Source: Octopus sinensis
Lineage: Eukaryota
Assembly: GCF_006345805.1 (NCBI RefSeq)
Contig: NW_021823736.1
Location: 1 to 21,429, forward strand
Direction: 5' to 3'
DNA: 21,429 nt
Part shown: in pieces, positions 10,590 through 19,886 of the stretch
Layout: every line of letters starts with the position of its first letter
How positions within the stretch are numbered: position 1 is the stretch's first letter
The notes under the pieces: generated by a model
Told to the model about the DNA's origin: nothing
Database searches by the model: none
Seen by the model: the letters and a program-made list of their open reading frames with translations, nothing else
Translations under genes and position numbers: made by a program

Positions 10590-10653
10590 CCATGCTGATG
10601 ATGGCTGCAGTTTTCCTTGCGGAAAATAACAGCTGAAACTAATTAGTACATGG
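10590..10653 (+). ncRNA. Type I hammerhead ribozyme (family 1), copy 3
   Basis: Same as copy 2 except that stem III reads CUAAUUAG (palindromic, one U shorter). Predicted cut 3' of A10648. Confidence 0.83.
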
Positions 10654-11134
10654 GTAATTATTTTATTTCGTATATTTTCACTTGTTTATTGCTATGGTTT
10701 TGTGTTGAGTTTGATCTGAGAACATAATCTTTTGTGGTGAATGGCGATTTGACGTCTATATCTAGCATGTTGACTGTCCACTTTTCGTGTTCAGTCCTTA
10801 ATTGGTATATATATATATATTATATATATATATATATATACATATATACATATATACGACGAGCTTCTTTTCAGTTTCCGTCTACCAAATCCACTCACAA
10901 GGCTTTGGTCGGCCCAAGGCTATAGTAGAAGATACTTGCCCAAGGTGCCACGCAGTGGGACTGAACCCGGAACCATGTGGTTGCTAAGCAAGCTACTTAC
11001 CACACAGCCACACCTACGCTAGTTCTACCAATGTAGTGTAAATATTGTACCGTTAATCGCATTCCCTGTTGGTAAAGAACAATAGCTCCCAGTAGCCTTC
11101 CCTTGAGGAGTATTTTCTCAGACCTGACCATATA

Positions 11135-11797
11135 GGTCAGGTCTGGGAGCATGCGCCGTTACGGCGTGTCAATGCCTCCCCATTTGACGGTATTTGCTAG
11201 GCGGCGAGCTAGCAGAATCGTTAGCACGTCGGGCGAAATGCTTAACGGTATTTCGTCTGACGTTACGTTGTGAGTTCAAATTCCGCCGAGGTCGACTTTG
11301 CCTTTCATCCTTTCGGGGTCGATAAATTAAGTACCAGTTAAGCACTGGGGTCGATATAATTGACTTAATACCTATGTCTGTCCATGTTTGTCCCCTCTAT
11401 GTTCAGCCCCTTGTGGGTAATAAAGAAATAGGTATTTGCTAGGGTCGTTCCAGGCAATCCTCCGAGCAGTGTCCCACTTAGTCCCCATTTCCGTGGGGTA
11501 CTTCTGATCTGCTGTGAAATGCGGCCGGCCAACACGTGTCATCGCCCCAGCCGGAATCCTCAGAGAAGAGAACACAGGGTAAATTGGCACGGCCGTTAGG
11601 ACATCGAATGAAACGTGGAGGCGCGTGAGAATAAAATCAAGTTCCCGAATCATACAAGTAACAGGACGCATCTCATTTTCTGAGTACAGTCGTTGGCTGA
11701 ATACGAACTCTGACCAATGGCAACCCATAATCCCACAAAGCGTTCTGTTGAGCCAAAGGAATTCAAACAGCTCCTTTTCTTTTTGACTGGCGCTTTC
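11135..11797 (-). mobile_element. Degenerate RTE-type LINE 3' end (family R2), interrupted by SINE C
   Basis: TLCGIMGCHWSEFV..RLYSE.EMRPVTCMIRE..GRP..EMG.KWDTARRIA.NDPSKY|RQMGGIDTP* reads through once the SINE and one TSD are removed. It ends in ..GCATGCTCCCAGACCTGACC. Confidence 0.68.
11198..11430 (+). mobile_element. tRNA-derived SINE family C, copy 1
   Basis: Head AGGCGGCGAGCT, B box GAGTTCAAATTCC, conserved GCCTTTCATCCTTTCGGGGTCGATAAATTAAGTACC block. TSD GGTATTTGCT at 11188-11197 and 11431-11440. Confidence 0.92.
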
Positions 11798-11801
11798 TTC
11801 T

Positions 11802-11879
11802 GTTACGACGACGAGGGTTCCAGTTGAACCAACCAACGGAACTTACACCTAGTGAAATTAATGTGCAAGTGGCTGATCA
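11802..11879 (-). mobile_element. Diverged fragment of the SINE B 3' region
   Basis: GTTACGACGACGAGGGTTCCAGTTGA..GTGAAATTAATGTGCAAGTGGCTGA matches the B tail with many mismatches. Confidence 0.75.
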
Positions 11880-12308
11880 ATCCTAAGGGCCGCAGAAAAT
11901 ATCCAAGTTTCGAAATACACAGGGTCACGTTAATTAAGTACTGGTTACTTTTCGAAGTCTTAGCGTTGGGTTTTTAGTACAAGTGACTCCATTCTAACCT
12001 TTTAATGGAACGGTACCAGATAGCTTTTGCTGAAACTTCACTCGGAAACAGAATATTTCTCTTCTGTAAAACGCAAGCGGTTCAGAACTTTTTTAGCGAG
12101 AGCATGCTGCAAAACCTCTGCAACCCGCCTCATATCAATGTGCAGTCGTTAATTCTTATTGCAGACTTAGGGCGGGCTGTATTTTAAATCTGCTGCGATC
12201 AAGATAATCTTCCGATGTTCGGAGGCTGGTATTTACAGGGACTGGTCTCTGCGAGGTAGCCCCTGATAGGGATTCCTATTTGGAAGATTAGGTAAATTTA
12301 ATCAGCCG

Positions 12309-12477
12309 CTGGAGCACTGCCTTTAGTCGAGCAAATCGACCTTAGGACTTATTCTTTGTAAGCCTAGTACTTATTCTATCGGTCTCATTTGCTGAGCTGC
12401 TAAGTTACGGGGACTTCAACACACCAGCATCGGTTGTCAAGCGATGTTAGAGGGAAAAACACAGACACACACACACA

Positions 12478-12553
<76 letters not shown>

Positions 12554-12721
12554 CATACGATGGGCTTCTTTCAGTTTCCGTTTACCAAATCCACTCACAA
12601 GGCATTGGTCGGCCCGGGGCTATAGTAGAAGACACTTGCCCAAAGTGCCACGCAGTGGGACTGAACCCGGAACCATGTGGTTGGTAAGCAAGCTACTTAC
12701 CACACAGCCACTCCTGCGCCT
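12309..12721 (-). mobile_element. SINE family A, lacking the extreme 3' tail
   Basis: Colinear with 2111-2533, including the internal (TA)(TG) tract. Confidence 0.9.
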
Positions 12722-12930
12722 TATACGTTCTGAATAATATAAAACTTTCTTTTTACAATTCCCAAGTTATTCTTGTGGCTGTAAAAATTTGGGAATGTGT
12801 ATCCCCTACGGTGCATGAACCCCAGGAAAATATGTCGTGTGGGTCACATGTAATAAAAAAAGGGCATGCAAAGGAACTAAGGATCAGATATTTGACCAAG
12901 ACATAATATTCTAGTTTTTTTTTTTTTTAG

Positions 12931-12945
12931 TTGGGATCATCTTCG
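12931..12945 (+). other. Candidate 15-nt microexon TTGGGATCATCTTCG
   Basis: Preceded by T14-AG and followed by GTGAGT (G|GTGAGT consensus donor). Length is divisible by 3, with no stop in any frame, in non-repeat sequence. Confidence 0.5.
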
Positions 12946-13050
12946 GTGAGTGCGATTAGAAAGCTCGCCCTTTTCTCCTTCCTCTATGCTCGGACTCTCG
13001 GACTCTTGTTATTTATGCATCTGGAGTCTATGTACATGGAGTCATTCTTA

Positions 13051-13440
13051 GTGGAGGCGCAATGGCCCAGTGGTTAGGGCAGCGGACTCACGGTCGGAGG
13101 ATCGCAGTTTCGATTCCCAGACCGGGCGTTGTGTGTGTTTATTGAGCGAAAAACACCTAAAGCTCCACGAGGCTCCGGCAGGGGATGGTGGTGATCCCTG
13201 CTGTACTCTTTCACCACAACTTTCTCTCACTCTTACTTCCTGTTTCTGTTGTACCTGTATTTCAAGGGGCCGGCCTTGTCACTCTCTGTGTCACGCTGAA
13301 TATCCCTGAGAACTACGTTAAGGGTGCACGTGTCTGTGGAGTGCTCAGCCACTTACACGTTAATTTCACGAGCAGGCTGTTCCGTTGATTCGGATCAACC
13401 GGAACCCTCATCGTCGTAACCGACGGAGTGCTTCCATTCC
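13051..13440 (+). mobile_element. SINE family B, copy 4
   Basis: Full length. 16-bp TSD ACATGGAGTCATTCTT at 13034-13049 and 13441-13456. Confidence 0.96.
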
Positions 13441-13484
13441 ACATGGAGTCATTCTTGTAGATTGCTTGTTGGATCCCTTCCTCA

Positions 13485-13721
13485 CATCATCATCATCATT
13501 GTTCGACCGTGGTCAAGACAATGGAATTTACCACGCTACGCCAGACTTCACGGTCCATCATGGCATTACGGAGGTCCTGTTGCTGGATGCCTGTATCCCT
13601 GGAGATTACATCAGGGTAGGAGAGTGTGCGCCCTCTTGTATTGCGAGCAGATGGCTTCCAGAGGAAAAGAGTAGAAATTGCCTCGTTTTCAGCTCTACAA
13701 CAATGTCCAGCAAACTGGACT
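13485..13721 (-). mobile_element. RTE-type LINE family R1 3' fragment
   Basis: Near-identical to the 3' part of 4458-4841 (VQFAGHC..IVLTTVEQ*) with a (TGA)n tail. Confidence 0.9.
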
Positions 13722-13812
13722 GGGATGCTAACCAGTTCTGTCCCAAACACCCTCTTTTTACGCCAGTAACCGTCTCACCAGTTTTTGTCTTATTATCCTT
13801 GGTACAATATGT

Positions 13813-14197
13813 GGAAGCACTCCGTCGGTTACGACGACGAGGGTTCCGGTGAATCCGATCCTACGGAACAGCCTGCTCGTGAAATTAACGTGTAAGTGGC
13901 TGAGCACTCCACAGACACGTGTACCCTTAACGTAGTTCTCGGGGATATTCAGCATGACACAGAGAGTGACAAGGCCGGCCCTTTGAAATACAGGTACAAC
14001 AGAAACAGGAAGTAAGAGTGAGAGAAAGTTGTGGTGAAAGAGTACAGCAGGGATCACCACCATCCCCTGCCGGAGCCTCGTGGAGCTTTTAGGTGTTTTC
14101 ACTCAATAAACACTCACAACGCCCGGTCTGGGAATCGAAACCGCGATCCTATGACCGCGAGTCCGCTGCCCTAATCACTGGGCCATTGCGCCTCCAC
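13813..14197 (-). mobile_element. SINE family B, copy 5
   Basis: Full length. TSD GGTACAATATGT at 13801-13812 and 14198-14209. Confidence 0.96.
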
Positions 14198-14226
14198 GGT
14201 ACAATATGTACAGTTGGGCTGTAGGG

Positions 14227-14396
14227 ACCCAATAGAATAAGTACCAGGCTTTTAAAAAATCCACCTTGTGGTTGATTAGTGTGAGTTAAAATGCTCTAAT
14301 GACTGAAACAAGTAAAAGATAAAAGATATATATATGTACATGTCTGTGTGCCTGTGTCTGTGTTTGTGTGTGTATATATATATATAAACAGGAGTG

Positions 14397-14462
<66 letters not shown>

Positions 14463-14661
14463 TGTGTGTTTGTGTGTCTGTGTTTGTCCCCCACTAGCAT
14501 TGCTTGACAACCGATGCTGGTGTGTTTATGTCCCCGTCATCTAGCGGTTCGGCAAAAGAGACCGACAGAGTAAGTACTGGGGTTGAGTCGCTCGATTAAA
14601 GACGGTGCTCCAGTATGGCCGCAGTCAAATGACTGAAACAAGTAAAAGAGTAAAGAGTAAG
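14227..14661 (+). mobile_element. Two SINE family A 3' fragments (14227-14330 diverged; 14470-14661) with an intervening TA/TG tract
   Basis: Both end in TGACTGAAACAAGTAAAAGA. The second matches the whole 3' half of 2111-2533. Confidence 0.8.
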
Positions 14662-14689
14662 AATATATATATATACATATATATATACA

Positions 14690-15055
14690 AACATACCCAC
14701 CCACACATACACGCACACACACACATGCGCACACACCATTCACTCACACGCATGAGATGAGAAGGTGGAGCTGCCTCTGCTGTTATCGACGCCACACGGC
14801 ACTCAACGGTATTTCCCCCCCCCCGCCTTCCAAACCCCCCACCTTACCCCCACCCCCCACACACATACATTCTCAACACCGATACCACCCGACTTCCACC
14901 CCCACCCATCCGTTTCATCATTCCCAACCAAACACATACACACACACACACGTACAGCCAGCCACTCACCGCCCCGGGTGTCCCCCCAGGCTAGGCCAGT
15001 CCCGACCCCACCGCCTCGCTACCCACACCCATCCACCCACACCCCGCCGCGCCAT
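14690..15055. repeat. C/A-rich low-complexity tract with poly-C runs
   Basis: (CA)n grading into C4-C10 runs. Confidence 0.85.
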
Positions 15056-15219
15056 TCATCTAATAGCCAGCACAGCGAGAGCGCAGTTCTGTGCGACTGC
15101 GCGAGTCCCTCCCACTTAACGTAACATCACACAAGAAACTAGCTGTAAAAACATCGCTATGTAAATAAACCTTTGATGGGTTGCGTGGAACCGTCGGAGG
15201 GGAGAGTAGGGGATGACTG

Positions 15220-16922
15220 GCGGCGGCGTTGCTGGCGCTTCTGCTGGTGGTGGTGGCAGGGGTGCTGGTGCTGGTGCTGGTGTGGTGGTGGTGGTGGAGT
15301 CAGGGACGTTGTTGGTGCTGGTGGAGTCGGCGGTGGTGGTGGTGGTGGTGCTGGTGCTGGTACTGGTGTTGACAGCGCCGATGTTGCCGATGGTTGTGAT
15401 GCTCATGGTGTAGGTGTTGGTGGCGGCGGTGATGGTGGTGGTGGTGTTGGTGGTGGTGGTGGAGTCAGTGATGTTGTTGGTGCTGGTGGAGTCGGCGGTG
15501 GTGGTGGTAGTATTGGCGGTGCTGGTGCTGTGATGCTGAGGCTGTTGGCAATGGTGATGGTGGTGGTGGAGTCAGTGATGTTGTTGGTGCTGGTGGAGTC
15601 GGTGGCGGTGGTGGTGGTGGTATCGGCGGTGCTGGTGCTGACGCTGATGCTGTTGGCAGTGGTGATGGTGGTGGTGGTGGTGGTGGTAGTGATGATGATG
15701 ATGATGATGGTGGTGATGGTGGTGGTGATGATGGTGATGGTGTTGGTGATGATGATGATGATGATGCTGATGGTGATGGTGTTGATGGTGGTGATGGTGG
15801 TGATGGTGATGGTGATGATGATGATGCTGATGATGATGGTGGTGCTGGTGGTGGTGGTGGTGGTGGTGGTGGTGACGGCGGTGCTGGTGCTGTTGCCGGT
15901 TGAGGGTGGCGGTGATAGCACTGGTGGGGGACAGCGATGCTGGTGCTGACGGTGAGGGCAGGGTTGCTGGCGGTGGTGGTGGTGGTGGCGGTGACGGTGA
16001 CGGTGCTCGTGGTAGCGGCGGTGGTGATGATGCTGAAGATGGAAACGGCGCTGGTGGTGGTGGTGCTGGTGCTGGTGGTATCGGTGCTGCCGTTGTTGTT
16101 GTTGCTGCTGCTGCCGCTGGAATTGTTGCATGTGCTGATAGTGGTGGTGGTTCGTCGTGGCTGTAGTATTGTTGTTGTTGTGGGTGGTGCTGGTTGTGGT
16201 GGTGGTGGTCGGTTTTGGTATTGCTATTGTTATTGTTGTTGGTGGTGGTGGCGGTCGAGGTGATGACGTTAGCTGCTGCTGCTGCTGGTGGTGGTGGCGG
16301 TTGCGGAGAAGGTGATGGTGATGTTGGTGTTGGTGTTGGTGGTGTTGATGACAGTGGTAGTGGTGGTGGTGCTGATGGTAAAGGTGGTGATGGAGATGGT
16401 ATTGGTGGTGGTGGTGATGGTGGTAGTGGTGTTCGTAAAGTTGGTTGGTGTTGGTAGTGTTGTTGCTGTTGTTGTTGGTAGTGGTAGTGATGATAGTAGT
16501 GGCAGTGGTAGCGGTGGTAGCGGTGGTAGCAGTGGTGATGGTGAGGGTGATGACGGCAGGAATAAAGGTGGTGGTGTACATGTGGGCAGTGATGGTGGAA
16601 AATGATGATAGTTGTGGTGGTAGTGGATGGTGGTAGTGGTTGTGTGGGAGGTAGTACTGTTTGTGGTGAAAGTGGTAGTGGTGCTATTGATGTTTGGGTG
16701 TTGTATATAAACATTGTAGTGGTGTCGCTTTTGCTGTTGTCGTTGTAGTTGGCGACGGGAGTGATGGTGGAGGGTCTGTACATCCTGGATGGGGGTGGTG
16801 CCCTTGTTCATATCATGGTGGTGGCAGTAGTAGAAAGTGTAGTGAAACAATAGCTGTTGTGGTGGTGATGGTAGTGGTGGAGATTGTGGAAGTTTTGGTA
16901 GTAGTAGTAGTAGTAATAGTAA

Positions 16923-16954
<32 letters not shown>

Positions 16955-16972
16955 ATTGTTGTTGTTGTTGTT

Positions 16973-17003
<31 letters not shown>

Positions 17004-17175
17004 CTGTTGTTGTAGAAGTGGTGATGGCAGTAGTAGAGAGGTTTGCCGGTGGGGAGAGGTGTAGTGATGGCTGTAGTGATCAAAGTGGTAGCGACGGTGA
17101 TTGTGGGTCAGAGTTTGACGGCCGGGCTGATGGTGGTTTTAGTGATGGTGGTGGTGTGGTGGTGGTGGTGGTGGT
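15220..17175. repeat. Degenerate (GGT/GAT/GTT/GCT/AGT)n trinucleotide array with internal block duplications
   Basis: Triplet periodicity throughout. The block TGTTGTTGGTGCTGGTGGAGTCGG recurs near 15309, 15473 and 15579. Confidence 0.93.
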
Positions 17176-17312
17176 AACAGAGGTATCTGGAGGTAGGAAA
17201 TACAAGCGTGGCCATTGAGGTGCCTGCTAAGGGAAGTTCAAACTCTGTCTGATTCTTACATTGTGTTATAACCGCGTGGTCAACGCAGTGGCGACGATAT
17301 GTGGTCAGTAAA

Positions 17313-18095
17313 AGGCGGCGAGCTGGCAGAAACGTTAGCGCGCCGGGCGAAATGCGTAGCCGTATTTCGTCCGTCGTTACGTTGTGAGTTCAAATTCCGC
17401 TGAGGTCGACTTTGCCTTTCATCCTTTCGGGGTCGATAAATTAAGTACCAGTTACGCACTGGGGTCGATGTAATCGACTTAATCCCTTTGTCTGTCCTTG
17501 TTTGTCCCCTCTATGTTAGCCCCTTGTGGGTAGTAAAGAAATAGGTATTTCGTCTGCCGCTACGTTCTGAGTTCAAATTCCGCCGAGGTCAACTTTGCAT
17601 TTCATCCTTTTGGGGTCGATAAATTAAGTACCAGTTACGCACTGGGGTCGATGTAATCGACTTAATCCGTTTGTCTGTCCTTGTTTGTCCCCTCTATGTT
17701 TAGCCCCTTGTGGGTAGTAAAGAAATAGGTATTTCGTCTGCCGCTACGTTCTGAGTTCAAATTCCGCCGAGGTCAACTTTGCATTTCATCCTTTTGGGGT
17801 CGATAAATTAAGTACCAGTTACGCACTGGGGTCGATGTAATCGACTTAATCCGTTTGTCTGTCCTTGTTTGTCCCCTCTATGTTTAGCCCCTTGTGGGTA
17901 GTAAAGAAATAGGTATTTCGTCTGCCGCTACGTTCTGAGTTCAAATTCCGCCGAGGTCAACTTTGCATTTCATCCTTTTGGGGTCGATAAATTAAGTACC
18001 AGTTACGCACTGGGGTCGATGTAATCGACTTAATCCGTTTGTCTGTCCTTGTTTGTCCCCTCTATGTTTAGCCCCTTGTGGGTAGTAAAGAAATA
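17313..18095 (+). mobile_element. SINE family C full copy plus three tandem 184-bp 3' units inside one TSD
   Basis: Units start at 17544, 17728 and 17912. 15-bp TSD GATATGTGGTCAGTA at 17296-17310 and 18096-18110. Confidence 0.95.
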
Positions 18096-18387
18096 GATAT
18101 GTGGTCAGTAGGTGACGGTAGACTTACCAGTGGCGATGCCCCATTAAAACAAAACAGAACCAATACCAAAGCTGTACCAATTGGGGGGGGGACAAAAAGA
18201 AATTGAAGAGCATGAATCTGAAGTTGTAACGCTAAAGCCATCGTTGCTATAGAGCTGGAAGCATGTATCACCTGAAGTATCGTATTGTGAAGGGCAGGGG
18301 GAAACGAAAAGGTTCGGAATTCGGAAGAGATAAGGCCCATTCCCTCGAACACTATACTAGAAAGGTTAAAAAGCTCAGTTCACAATC

Positions 18388-18482
18388 ACGTTCGATCCCA
18401 ATGCGTGGCACTTTGGGTAAGTGTCTTCTGGCATATCCCAATGATTTTTGAGTGAATTTAGCAGATGGGAGCAACATGGGAG
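18388..18482 (+). mobile_element. Old, diverged SINE family A 5'-half fragment
   Basis: GTTCGATCCCAATGCGTGGCACTTTGGGTAAGTGTCTTCT aligns with the A head and CORE-like region. Confidence 0.65.
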
Positions 18483-18935
18483 CATTTTTTTAAAAACTTT
18501 ATTTTATAAATTTTCTGTGAGGGGTCGCAAAACTTTAAGGCCTTGTTTCGGTGGGGACAGGTCCTAAATAAGATAAGAAAAATTAAAAAGAACACCGGAC
18601 TAGACAATTTGAGACCCGTTCAATAGGATGTTTTTATGTATTTTTTTATCTTTTTAAAATTATCATATTAATATTTTATGGGACAGTGGGATCGAACTGG
18701 CTATGACTAAAATGCCTGTGTCCTGTGCGCGTCGCGGTGGATGAGGCATTAAGTGTGTTTGTGTATGTTTGTGTAGTTGAAGTGTGTCAGTCTCGAGCAG
18801 GATTCGAAACGACTAATCGAAGTGGCTGTTGTCTATATCACAGTTTTGTCAATCAAAATAACCCGCAGTACCAAATATCAGATATTATTCGCATAGAACA
18901 GTGAGAGAAAAGACCAACTTTGATTTTTGCAACCA

Positions 18936-19261
18936 TAAAGTTTCCGCTCGCGTATTCACAGCACACAAAACACAGGGCCAGACTTTAGACCGTGTAGGTG
19001 TATTTCTACCCACTCTGATATTTACACACGGCCAGTGATACGTCGCTTTGAGTGGATGGAAGCACTCCGTCGGTTACGACGATGAGGGTTCCTATGATCG
19101 CGAGTCCGCTGCCCTAACCACTGGGCCATTGCGCCTCCACACGTCGCTATGAGTAGAGCAACGAACTCCAGTAATTTGTAAATTAGTGTCGACCAAACAG
19201 AAAATATCGTCTACAAAGAAGTTTTGGAATCATATTGATATTATCGAAAGGAATACGAATC
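18936..19261 (+). pseudogene. C-terminal fragment of a PIF1-like helicase, probably a Helitron RepHel remnant, interrupted by a mini-SINE
   Basis: TAHKTQGQTLDRVGVFLPTLIFTHGQ*YVAMSRAT..TENIVYKEVL after removing the SINE. It matches SF1B helicase motifs V/VI (HKSQGQT, FxHGQLYVAxSR) and the Helitron-type NxVYxEV end. Confidence 0.82.
19054..19140 (-). mobile_element. Internally deleted SINE family B (~87 bp)
   Basis: Tail joined to head at TCC. TSD ACGTCGCT(T/A)TGAGT at 19040-19053 and 19141-19154. Confidence 0.92.
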
Positions 19262-19385
19262 ATAATTTGAATAAGGAAATTTGTGAACTTTGAATGTATA
19301 AGAGTAATAAGAAGCGTAAAATAGTGTAAACAACTAAAATAAAAGTATATCTAAATAACTGATTTTTCTTAATACTTTTTATGTG

Positions 19386-19776
19386 ATGGATGGAAGCACT
19401 CCGTCGGTTACGACGACGAGGGTTCCGGTTGATCCGAATCAACAAAACAGCCTGCTCGTGAAATTAACGTGTAAGTGGCTGAGCACTCCACAGACACGTG
19501 CATCCTTAACGTAGTTCTCGGGGATATTCAGCGTGACACAGAGAGTGACAAGGCCGGCCATTTGAAATACAGGTACAACAGAAACAGGAAGTAAGAGTGA
19601 GAGAAAGTTGTGGTGAAAGAGTACAGCAGGGATCACCACCATCCCCTGCCGGAGCCTCGTGGAGCTTTTAGGTGTTTTCGCTCAATAAACACTCACAACG
19701 CCCGGTCTGGGAATCGAAACCGTGATCCTCCGACCGCGAGTCCGCTGCCCTAACCACTGGGCCATTGCGCCTCCAC
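19386..19776 (-). mobile_element. SINE family B, full-length copy
   Basis: TSD TTTTTATGT at 19376-19384 and 19777-19785. Confidence 0.95.
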
Positions 19777-19819
19777 TTTTTATGTAGTGGTCGAAGGAAG
19801 CTCTGGCTTTCGTTTGGAG

Positions 19820-19886
19820 TCATCGTCATCATTGTTCGACCGTGGTCGAGACAATGGAATTTACTATGTTGCACCAGACTTCATGG
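19820..19886 (-). mobile_element. RTE-type LINE family R1 extreme 3' fragment
   Basis: Matches the last ~65 bp of the copies at 4458 and 13485. Confidence 0.85.

Larger units (their letters stand above)
9101..10810. mobile_element. Retrozyme-like array of a ~505-bp hammerhead-containing unit (1.4 units minus, then 2 units plus)
   Basis: Periods 506 (9101/9607), 505 (9793/10298) and 504 (10298/10802). Orientation flips at 9792/9793. No long ORF. Both outer ends run into (TA)n. Confidence 0.85.
8426..11019 (-). mobile_element. SINE family A split by a ~2.2-kb block inserted in its internal (TA)n
   Basis: Head and CORE-like half at 10857-11019. The start of the 3' half (AAGCGATGTTGGGGGGACAAACACAGACAC) is at 8426-8457 in the same orientation. 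Confidence 0.75.

Noticed and set aside
11880-12300. Complex sequence with a 60-aa ORF, possibly a LINE remnant
   Set aside because: No motif I can recognise with confidence. A translated search against repeat proteins is needed.
13051-13130. tRNA gene in SINE heads
   Set aside because: A and B boxes are present, but there is no complete cloverleaf or acceptor stem, and the sequence continues into the SINE body.
15116-17218. Mucin-like or His/Pro/Thr-rich ORFs up to 403 aa
   Set aside because: All six frames are largely open because GGT/GAT/GTT triplets rarely make stops. There is no frame-specific signal or splice context.
17544-18095. Regular direct repeats as a possible CRISPR array
   Set aside because: The units are contiguous and identical with no spacers, derive from a SINE, and the context is eukaryotic.
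18068-18451. Short ORFs of 94 and 62 aa in non-repetitive sequence
   Set aside because: No recognisable domain or splice signals, and they partly overlap SINE sequence.
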